Of a stretch of 64,000 nucleotides of DNA, positions 1 through 9,731 are shown one piece after another. The notes under the pieces are model-generated. The model saw nothing but the letters and a program-made list of their open reading frames with translations, had not been told where the DNA came from and did no database searches. The stretch comes from Octopus sinensis (taxonomy: Eukaryota). Position 1 is the first letter of the stretch. Each line of letters begins with the position of its first letter. Made by a program: the position numbers and the translations under genes. The stretch lies in the NCBI RefSeq assembly GCF_006345805.1, contig NC_042998.1, positions 90,396,001 to 90,460,000 on the forward strand, in the 5' to 3' direction.

Positions 1-999
1 AACAAGATTTTCAATACCTCGTTGGTAGAAATCACCTGATTTTGACTCGAAAAATTGATCCAACCAAGTTCTCAGTTCTGCATCAGTATTGAACGACACT
101 CTGCAAATAGCAGTTGAAAGAGATCGAAAGGGGTGGAAATCCATTGGTGCCAAATCAGGAGAGTATGGCAGGTGTGGCAGCACTTCCCAGCCATGTGTTT
201 GAATGGCTTCCTTGGTCATATTGGTGATATGAGAGTGAGCATTGTCATGCAGCAGAAGAACTCCATGCTGCCGATTAGGTCTTTTCTCTTGAATAGCCGT
301 GTTGAGTCATTCCATCTGTTGAACATAGAGTTCCGCGTTGGCTGTTTGGTTCCATTCAGGCAATTTGTAATGGATAATCCCTTTCCAGTCCCACTATACG
401 CACAACATCGTTTTATGCGAATGAAGATCTTGTTTCACGCGCGATGTCACTTGTTTACCAGGGCTAAGCCATTCCTTACGCTGCTTCATATTGATGTACA
501 GGCACCATTTTTCATTGCCAGTAATTATTCAGTAAAGAAATCATTGCTTGTGTCCATGAGTTGAGCAGTGATGAGCAAGCAAACCAGCAGAGATTTTGGC
601 TCGTTGATTTTTGTTGTTATCACTTAAAGCATGCGGAACCCATGCTCCATACTTCTGAACCTATCCTATCAAGTGAAGATTCTTCTCTATTGCAGTGTGG
701 GAGCATTCCATTTTCTCTGCCAGTTCCCTTGTCATTTGATGAGAATTTTCGTGCAAAAGTTGGTTTAATCGCTCTTCATTGAATTCAACTGGACAGCCAG
801 AACGAGGTGTGTCTTTGAGTTCAAAATTTTCATTTTTGAACTTGGCATACCAATCACGAGCAGTTCTTTCAGCTATGATTTCACCCTCTCCATACACAGC
901 ACAAATGTCACAAGCAGCTTTTGTGGCCTTAGAACCTTGATTAAAAGCAAAAAGAAAGAGGTGTCAAAAATGCTCGTTTTTCTTAACTTGACATTCCAT
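1..999 (-). pseudogene. Mariner transposase pseudogene
   Basis: ATG at 999 (MECQVKKNEHF*), first stop at codon 12, several more stops later. Motifs: HTH region (ERTARDWYAKFK...PRSGCP), WVPHAL, ITGNEKW (catalytic D changed to N), LLHDNA, PYSPDLAPMDF. Confidence 0.9.
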
Positions 1000-1172
1000 T
1001 TTAATGATCTGAAAATAAACAAAAATTAACCAAAATTAACTAGAAAAAAAAAACAAAATAGATTCAAAAATGATTCAAAAATAGAATTCTCAACAAAAAT
1101 AGATTCCAAAATTTAAAAATGCAATAAATTCCAAAATTTTTTTAAATGGCAGGAACTTAGTTGCCAACCCAA
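1..1172 (-). mobile_element. Tc1/mariner (DD34D, Hsmar/SETMAR-like) transposon, decayed, cut by window start
   Basis: Left TIR on - strand TTGGGTTGGCAACTAAGTTCC ends at 1172, with TA at 1173-1174. The transposase reading frame lies inside the element. Confidence 0.9.
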
Positions 1173-1375
1173 TAGTTCTCAGGATATTCAGCATGACACC
1201 GAATGTGATAAAGCTGGCCTTGAAATATAGGAACTACCCATTTTTGCCAGCTGAATGGATATGAAATAAATTGTTTTGTTCAAGGATGCAACTCACCACA
1301 ATGTATCAAACTCATAGCCTTATAATCATGAGCTGAATAACCTAACCATTTAGCCATGTGCCTTCACAAGAAATG
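1173..1375 (-). mobile_element. tRNA-derived SINE (family E), 5' part, interrupted by the mariner
   Basis: Matches the 24746-25056 copy (gttctcagg...tttttgccagctga...gtgccttcac). Confidence 0.7.
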
Positions 1376-1679
1376 TTACTTGTTAAAAAAATAATGTCTG
1401 TTTCAAGCCTAAAAGCTCAAAAGACCAGAGTTAATTACAATTTTTTATGGTGTTTAAGCAAATGAGAGTACATAATTTATTGAGCAGGATGCCAATTGCT
1501 AGTCTGTTGCAGGGTTAATATCTGCAGTTGTCATTGGTACTCATTTCAGGTGAGTGAACTAAAGCAACATCAATTGAAGTGTATTTCTAATTCTTACAGA
1601 TTTCAACCATAGCAGTCATGAGCCTAAAGCCCAAACCATTATGTCACATACCTTCACAATATCACTGCTCAATTAAAGC

Positions 1680-1878
1680 CAGAATTATTAGCACACCAGG
1701 CAAAATGCTAAGCAGCAGTTGTGCATCTTTACATTCTGAGTTCAAATCCTGCTGAAATTGACTTTGCTCTTCATCCTTTCAAGTCCAATAAAATAAGTAC
1801 CATTTGAGTACCGGGGTCAATGTAATCAACTATCTCCCTCTGCTGAAACTGCTGGTCTTGTGCCAAAATTTGAAATGA
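1680..1878 (+). mobile_element. tRNA-derived SINE family A, degenerate
   Basis: B-box-like GAGTTCAAATCC, core GACTTTGC.TTCATCCTTTC...AAAATAAGTACC, 3' end gtgccaaaatttgaaa. Confidence 0.8.
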
Positions 1879-3119
1879 ATATTACTAATCAATTATTCAT
1901 ATGACATTCTGGATCAATTAACAATTTCTGAGTTACAAAACTCTGCAAACTTGAATTTGATTGTTAAAAAAATAGAATTTGGGCATTTTTTTTTCCATCT
2001 TTCTTTTGACTATATTTTGTAATTCAGGAATTACACTAGCAACTGAAAATAGTATCTCTTTCTCTAAATGACAAAAAATAATTAGTATGTCCAAATGTCA
2101 TAAAGTAATTCTATTTTTATAAGATTTTCTATTGAGTAGCTGAAATTAATTCTTGAAATCTGTAAGAATTAGAAAATGTTTTTCATTTTTCTTTATAATT
2201 CCTAATATCAGCCATTACGTAAAACAGTAATTTAAATGTCTTTTTATATTTTCAAGGACAAAACAGTGTTGGTGACAGTATAAGCAAGCAACATTTCAGC
2301 TGAAATGTGAGCACCCTGTTTAACCAACCAGCTAATTGAAACACATTTTTTATTGCAATCATTTCACTTCATTATAATGTAAAGAGAGCCAATAAATATC
2401 ACATTTTCCATATTATGTCTCTTAAAATTTTAAGCAGCTTCATACATAATTTACATTCAAATGGAAATATACTTTAAATTGAACATCTTTTTATCAACAA
2501 AATTCTATTCTCTAACTTGTAACACTACACTATGCCTCATCAAAATTCTACAAGCTATGTCCCACTGGTTAATGACATTTAATTAGATCAACATATCTTT
2601 ATTTTCTAATTAATCATAGATCATGACTGCTTGATACCTCATAGCAATTAACTCCAAAACTATAGGCAAGCAGTTAGTAGCAAAAAAATTGTCTCTTTAT
2701 TGAACTATTCTTGGAGCATAACATGATGTCTGTTCTATCTATTTACTAATGTTGACTAACCACTTGCTTAGAGCTAGCGACTAATTGTATTCTAAGAATC
2801 TAAAATCAACATTATTATCTTCATTGTCATCCTCACCATCATTGTCTATCTCATTCACACAATGTTAGTTGCAACAAGAAATTTACCCCCTTTCTCAACC
2901 CTTTGATTCCTTTGGTGATATGGAGATGGCACCTTGCTGTATTTGTCATTAGTCAATGTCTACATTTGCAAAAGATACACATGAGGATAGGGTGAATTTA
3001 ATTTCTTTTTTTATATGTTTTTAACAGTATAATATTCATCCATTAGCAAGAGTAAGTTATGATCCTGTTTTTTAGGGCAGGGTATTTTTTTTACAACCCA
3101 ACCAAAAGGAAAACAGGGA

Positions 3120-3590
3120 TATATGAAACCCAATATACCCACCATGATAAGGGTAAGAGTACACCAGGCACATGCATCACAACTATATGTGTACAACATG
3201 GTGACCTCATATCAAGATAATCAGTGCATGACTTTGTAGGTTGGACCCAGTTAGAATTTTCTTCAAGTCGAATAGCTCATCTTGCTCAAAAGGTCCTTGA
3301 ATAAGGGTTGTCAAGGATCATATACAAAATAGCCATGTTCCCAGGGGTGAATTATTCAATCCCCAAAGAATCCCTCTCAACACATGGCTATGATGTTGCC
3401 CCACTACTCCTGCTTGTAATCAGAGTTGTACATATCAACAGCTTTTAAGGGATATACTCAACCAGTTACGGTTAAGCAAATGACAAGCAAATCTGTGGTA
3501 TGGAGCAGAATATTGGTTGTAGCCCATCTTTCACACTAAAACAAAGCATGCATACATTGAGATCAAAAGGCATGTGAGCCACTGCAGGTC
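3120..3590 (-). mobile_element. Unclassified retroposon family B, diverged copy
   Basis: Aligns by eye with 4000-4554 (gtacaccaggcacatgcatcacaac, gttagaattttcttc, gcaaatctgtggta). Confidence 0.75.
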
Positions 3591-3613
3591 ATTCATTATT
3601 GTTGTTGTTGTTG

Positions 3614-3980
3614 TTATTACCACCACCTTAGTGAAGGTGGGGGTAATAACAGTTGTTTGCTTGTTTGTTTGTCCGTGGACAAGATATTTCAAGAACCACT
3701 GGATGGATTCGCATGAAACTTTCACTGGATGTTTGGCCTTGTGACTGGCATGAACTGATTAGATTTGGGGATCAATCCAGTACCAGACGAGGATTCTGGA
3801 TTATTTTTCCTGATTTTTTTACTTAATTTTTGAGTGGTTGGGTTCATTTTTAGTATTCTCATTTGTGAGAGCAGTCAAGGTTATTTCAGGTATTCTCATT
3901 TTAAAAATCATCTCTGGCTTATCATTGAGAGGAGGTCAGTGTTGCCTTGATGGAGGTTTGCACTCTCTGAGTGCTCTTGT
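3614..3980 (+). mobile_element. Helentron-associated non-autonomous element (HINE/DINE-1-like)
   Basis: 5' TTATTACC..C(A)CCTT subTIR, (GTTT)n near the 5' end, 3' CCTTGATGGAGGT inverted copy of the subTIR, terminal hairpin GCACTC-TCT-GAGTGC, T-rich flanks. Second copy at 35389. Confidence 0.75.
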
Positions 3981-3999
3981 TATTATTATTATTATTATT

Positions 4000-4553
4000 G
4001 AGTGAGAGAGCAGTGCATGCCATCAAAGTGACACTGGGGTAAAATATACGAAGCCCAATATACCCATCATGACTACTCGTCTGATAAGGGTACACCAGGC
4101 ACATGCATCACAACCATATGTGCACGATATGGTGATTTCATATCAAGATAAACAGTGCATGACTTTGCAGGTGGAGTCCAGTTAGAATTTTCTTCTGGTC
4201 AAATAGCCTATCCCACTCAAAAGGTCCCTGAATAAGGATTATTTAAGGATGTTGAACGAGCCACGCCTGTTTTGAAAGGTGAATTATCCAAACCCCTAAG
4301 AATTTCTTTCGACACATGGCTATGATGCTCCCCCACTACTTCTGCTTGTGATCAGAGATGCACATATTGTCAGCCACTAAGGGACATGCTCAACTGGTTA
4401 AGGTCAAACAACCGACAAGCAAATCTGTGGTATTGAGCAGAATATTTGCTGTAGCCCATCTTTTATACCAAGACAAAATAATGTACATGATAACACTGCC
4501 AATCAGTTAAGATCAGCAGCCACGAGAGCCACTGCCTGGTACTGTATCAGGGC

Positions 4554-4554
<1 letters not shown>
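4000..4554 (-). mobile_element. Unclassified ~555-bp retroposon (family B), (AAT)n tail
   Basis: Ends shared with copies at 8828-9382 and 12656-13211 (plus strand GAGTGAGAGAGC...ATCAGGGCA). Both ends lie in (ATT)n. No long ORF. Confidence 0.85.

Positions 4555-4643
<89 letters not shown>
4555..4643. repeat. Compound (ATT)n(GAT)n microsatellite
   Basis: Read directly from sequence. Confidence 0.97.
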
Positions 4644-4646
<3 letters not shown>

Positions 4647-4859
4647 GGTGGCATGCTGGCCGAATCATTAGCATGCCTGACAAAATGCTTAAAGGTATTT
4701 CGTCTGCCTCTAGATTCTGAGTTCTAATTCCACCAAGGCCAACTTAACTTTTCATCCTTTCAGGATGGATAAATTAAGTACCAGTGAAATATTGGGGATG
4801 ATGTAATCGACTTATCCCCACCCCGCAAAAATGACTGCCCTTATGGCAAAATTTGAAAC

Positions 4860-4905
<46 letters not shown>

Positions 4906-4929
4906 ATTATTATTATTATTATTATTATT

Positions 4930-4964
<35 letters not shown>

Positions 4965-5177
4965 GGTGGCATGCTGGCAGAATCATTAGCATGCCTGACA
5001 AAATGCTTAAAGGTATTTCGTCTGCCTCTAGATTCTGAGTTCTAATTCCACCAAGGCCAACTTAACTTTTCATCCTTTCAGGATGGATAAATTAAGTACC
5101 AGTGAAATATTGGGGATGATGTAATCGACTTATCCCCACCCCGCAAAAATGACTGCCCTTATGGCAAAATTTGAAAC

Positions 5178-5178
<1 letters not shown>
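4644..5178 (+). repeat. 318-bp tandem duplication of SINE-A plus microsatellite spacer
   Basis: 4644-4860 and 4962-5178 appear identical except ggccgaatc/ggcagaatc. Confidence 0.9.
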
Positions 5179-5225
<47 letters not shown>

Positions 5226-6180
5226 TAAGACTGAACTGGCAGAATTGTAAGCATGCCAGACAAAATGCTTAGCAGCATTTTGTCTGCCAAGGTTAACTTT
5301 GCCTTTCTTCCTTTCAGGGTCGATAAAATAAGTACCAGTTGAGTACTGAGGTCACTGTAATTGACTTACCCCTCCTTGGGCCTTGTACAAGTTGAGTACT
5401 GGAGTCAATGTAACTGACTTACCCTCACCCTGGGTCTTGTGTCAAAACTTGAAATCATTATTACTATTATTATTATCCTCCTCCTCCTCCTCCTCATCAT
5501 CATCATCATCGTCATCATATGAGGGCAGCAAGATGATAGAATTATTAAAGCATTGGAAAGGAAAAAAAATGTCTTGCAGTATTTGTTCCTCCTTTTTTGT
5601 TCTGAATTCAGATCCCACCAAGGCCAACTTGTCTTTCAATCTTCTGGAATCAATAAACTAAGTTCCTGTTTAATGCAGGGATTGATAATATCAACTAATT
5701 TCCTCCCCTTGAAAATGATGGCCTTATACCAATATTAGGAATCAGCCATGTTAGCAGAACTGTTAGGGCATTAAAATAAACACTTTGGTGCATTTGTTCT
5801 CATTCTTCACATTCTGAGTTCAAATTCTGTCAAGTTTGAATCTGCTTGCCATCTTTTCAGGGTTGATAAAATTAAGTACCAGTTGAGCACTAGAGTTGAT
5901 GTCATCAACAAACCCTCTCTCATTAAAATTACTGGCCTTGCAACAAAATTTGAAAGTATTATTAGGAGTTGTAGTGAAGCAGAAAACTAGCAGAAGCGTT
6001 AGAACATCAGACAAAATGCTTAGAGGTGCTTCTAATTCTTTATGTCCTGAGTTCAAATTCTGCTGAGATCTATTCTACCTTTCATCCTCTTAGGCTTGAT
6101 AAAAATAAGTACCAGCTGACCACTGGGGTCAATGTAATCAACTTATTCACTCCCCTCAAAATCGCTAATCTTGAATTAAA
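5226..6180 (+). mobile_element. Four further head-to-tail SINE-A copies
   Basis: Copies at about 5226-5456, 5522-5735, 5745-5957 and 5978-6180, each with the ctggcagaat head, gagttcaaattc B-box and ttcatcctttc core. Confidence 0.85.
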
Positions 6181-6231
6181 ATGAGAAAATATTATTATTA
6201 TTGTTTTCATCATCAACATCATTCCTCATCA

Positions 6232-6760
6232 TCCTCATCATCATCATCGTTTAACGTCCGCTTTCCATGCTAGCATGGGTTGGATGATTTGACTGAGGTC
6301 TGGCGAACAAGATGACTGCACCAGACTCCAATCTGACCTGGCAGAGTTTCTACAGCTGGATGTCCTTCCTAATGCCAACCACTCCGAGAGTGTAGTGGGT
6401 GCTTTTACGTGCCACCGACACAAGGGCTAGTCAGGCGGTACTGGCAACAGCCACACTCTAATGGTGCTTTTTATGTGTCACACCTCGCTCAAATGTTTTT
6501 TCACGTGCCACCAGCACAAGTGCTAGTAAGGTGACACAAGTAACGCTCATGCTCAAATGGTGTTTTTAATGTGCCATCAGCACAAAGGCCAGCTTGTTGC
6601 TCTGGCAACAATTGTATGGTACTCTTAGCAGCGCTCCACTAACACGGATACAAGTCATCGAATTTGATTTTGATTTCGATTTCACTTGCCTCAACAGGTC
6701 TTTGCAAGCTGAGTTTAGTGTCCAATGAAGGAAAGGCACACATAAGTGGGCTGGTTATCA
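6232..6760 (-). mobile_element. RTE LINE 3' UTR fragment
   Basis: Reverse complement of the 12005-12613 UTR: (CAT)n, tttaacgtccgctttccatgctagcatgg. Confidence 0.85.
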
Positions 6761-7212
6761 TCATTTGATGTCTGTGTTTCATACAGGCATGACTTGGATG
6801 GTATGACGAGATCTGATGTGTTCAAGGACTGCATTGTGCTCCTGTGTCTGTTTTGTAGCATGTTGCTGCCCTTGGACACATTAGATAATAGTAGCAAACT
6901 ACAGATAACATACCTTGTGATATTTAGCTGTCCCTTGTATATTCTGAGTTAATTCTCAGATCCCATGACTTCTTATCCATCAAACTCATAAAATGAGTCA
7001 TAATCAGCTTGTCACTCAACTTTATTCAATGAGTCATATATAATCAGTCTGTCACTCAACTTCATCTAATATATCAAGTGAAATGAACTTAGAACCATAT
7101 GTTTTCAGGTTCAACCTTACTGTTTAACACTTGGGCATCTTTTTCTCTAGCTTCAGGCTGACTAAAGCCATGTGGCAAGTAGATCTGGTAGGAAGAACTG
7201 AAAAGAAATCAT

Positions 7213-7214
<2 letters not shown>

Positions 7215-7277
<63 letters not shown>
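7215..7277. repeat. (GT)n microsatellite
   Basis: Read directly from sequence. Confidence 0.95.
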
Positions 7278-7278
<1 letters not shown>

Positions 7279-7372
7279 ATATGTGTCTGCACCAGAGTGT
7301 GTTTGTGTACCCTTTTCCTGACATCATACAATATTTGTAAATGACCATCACCCTCATACAAGCAATATTCTT

Positions 7373-7572
7373 TTCTACTCTAGGCACAAGGCCTGAAATT
7401 TTGAGGGAGGTGAGATTAGATCGACCCCAGCATGCAACTGGTACTTAATTTATTGACCCCAAAAGGATGAAAGGCAAAATCGACCTCAGCAGAATTTGAA
7501 CTCAAAACGCAAAGACAGACAAAATACTACTAAGCATTTTGTCCAGCATGCTAACATTTCTGCCAGCTTCCC
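7373..7572 (-). mobile_element. SINE family A
   Basis: Reverse complement of SINE-A (ggtacttaatttattgaccccaaaaggatgaaaggcaaaatcgac). Confidence 0.85.
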
Positions 7573-7574
7573 AT

Positions 7575-8010
7575 CATCGTGTACAAGCAATATCGTTTGT
7601 TTCTAATCTTCCATGAAAACAACCAGTCATGGGGCAATATTTTGCTTGCAAACAGGTCAGGGCTGACAACAGGACGGACTTCCAGCAGAAGAAAATCTAC
7701 CTCAACAAATTCCATCTAACCCAATAGTTCTCAACCATTTTTTAGCCAATGGACTTCTTTGGTTCCTATTTTACTTGGGTGGGCCCCATAACCATTCAAT
7801 CTTTATAATTAAATATTATTAGAAATTGTATAAACAAAATTGTTAAAATATTTTGTGCATTGTAGAAGTACAACCAATTTTGTGCACATATTTTAACATC
7901 AAAATCTTATATAGACCTCCAAGGGCCATATGAACCCTGGTTGAGAACCACTGAACTAACCCATGTAAGCATGGAAATTTAGATATTAAAATGATGACGA
8001 TGACAACAAC
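7575..8010 (+). mobile_element. Retroposon with RTE-like 3' end (family H), split by a hAT MITE
   Basis: gaaaatctacctcaacaaattcc|...|ccatgtaagcatggaaa...aaaatgatgacgatg. Similar copies at about 21135-21332 and 23285-23438. Confidence 0.65.
7722..7953. mobile_element. hAT (Charlie-like) MITE
   Basis: TIRs CAATAGTTCTCAACC / GGTTGAGAACCACTG. 8-bp TSD atctaacc / aactaacc (7 of 8 match). Confidence 0.85.
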
Positions 8011-8494
8011 ACTGGTAACAGCAGTGGTTGTGGCCATGACAATGATTCAGTCAATCACTCACCTTAATTCAGTGTATCATACATACACAGCCTCTCATTC
8101 AACTTTGTCCAATGAATCATACTGTCACCCAAATTTATCCAATTGATTATAATCAGTTCCTACACAGTTAGCCATTGCTTGTCTTATATATTGACTATTT
8201 GTATTTCCCAGTCATACAGCTTCCCACAATTTGCAGTCATCACACTATACATGATAATAATTCACTTCATTAGCATATTAAAAAAATGCATTGTGGTATT
8301 TGTTCCAGCTTTTTATGTTCTGCATTCATATCCTGTCATACTCAACTCTACCTTCTATCCTTCCAGGGATCAATAAAATAAAATACCTTTCAAGAGTTAG
8401 GGTTAATTAATTGCTCCTTGTCTTTGACAGGTAATTTACTTAATTGATTAACTCTTCCGCTCACATTTAGGACTTGAGTCTATGCTAAAAGCAG

Positions 8495-8541
<47 letters not shown>

Positions 8542-8543
<2 letters not shown>

Positions 8544-8753
8544 GGTAATGAGCTGGCAGAATTGTTAGCATAGTGGGTAAAATGCTTAGTGGTATTTCAC
8601 CCATCTTTACGTCCTGAGTTCAAATTCCGCTGAGGTTCACTTTGCCTTTCATCCTTTCAGGGTGGATAAAATAAGTACCAATTGAGTATTGGAGTCAATG
8701 TAATCAGCTATCACCCTCCCCCAAATTTCAGGCCTTGCACCTATAGTGCAAGG

Positions 8754-8754
<1 letters not shown>
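8542..8754 (+). mobile_element. SINE family A
   Basis: aaggtaatgagctggcagaattg head, gagttcaaattcc B-box, (ATT)n on both sides. Confidence 0.9.
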
Positions 8755-8787
<33 letters not shown>

Positions 8788-8827
8788 TATCATTATTATT
8801 GTTGTTGTTGTTATTATTATTATTATT

Positions 8828-9382
8828 GAGTGGGAGAGCAGTTCATGCCATCAAAGTGACACTGGGGTAAAATATACGAAGCCCAATATACCTATCATGA
8901 CTACCCGTCTGATAAGGGCACACCAGGCACATGCATCACAACCATATGTGCGCGGCATGGTGATCTCATATCAAGATAAACTGCACATGACCTTGCAGGT
9001 AGGGCCCAGTTAGAATTTTCTTCAGGTTGAGTAGCCCAGCCCGCTCAAACGGTCCCTGAATAAGAGTTGTTTAAGGATGTTGAAAAACCCACCCATGTTT
9101 TCAGAGGTGAATTATTCAAACCCCTAAGAATCCCTCTCAACACATGGCTATGATGCTCCCCCACAACTTCTGCTCGTGATCAGAGATGCACATATCGTCA
9201 GCCACTAAGGGACATGCTCAACTGGTTAAGGTCAAACAACTGACAAGCAAATCTGTGGTATTGAGCAGAATATTTGCTGTAGCCCATCTTTTATACCAAG
9301 ACAGAACAATGTACATGATAACACTTCCAATCAGTTAAGATCAGAAGCCATGAGAGCCTCTGCCTGGTACTACATCAGGGCA
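8828..9382 (-). mobile_element. Retroposon family B, full length
   Basis: Same termini as 4000-4554, flanked by (ATT)n. Confidence 0.85.
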
Positions 9383-9476
<94 letters not shown>

Positions 9477-9478
<2 letters not shown>

Positions 9479-9689
9479 GGTGGTGAGCTGGCAGAATCAT
9501 TAGCATGCCAGACAAAATAATTAGCAGTATTTCGCTCATCGCTCTGTTCTGAATTCAAATTTCACCAAGGTCAACTTTGCCCTTCATCCTTTCAAGGTTG
9601 GTAAAATGAGACCCAGTTGAATACTGGGGTCAATGTAATCAACTCATCCCTCCCCCAAGATTGCAGCCCTTGTGGCAAAATTTGAAACC
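9477..9689 (+). mobile_element. SINE family A
   Basis: aaggtggtgagctggcagaatc head to tttgaaacc tail. Confidence 0.9.
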
Positions 9690-9731
9690 ATTATTATTAT
9701 TATTATTATCATTATTATTATTATTATTGAG

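Noticed and set aside
133-782. Plus-strand ORFs of 143 and 73 aa
   Set aside because: They are antisense shadows of the mariner transposase pseudogene.
9345-9382. U1/U2 snRNA or tRNA-Sec resemblance of the family B head
   Set aside because: Only 8-12-nt partial matches, with no downstream colinearity.
9661-9731. N-terminus of the 659-aa ORF (MQPLWQNLKPLLLLL...)
   Set aside because: It is read from a SINE tail and (ATT)n via a TTG start and is not part of the LINE protein or a signal peptide.
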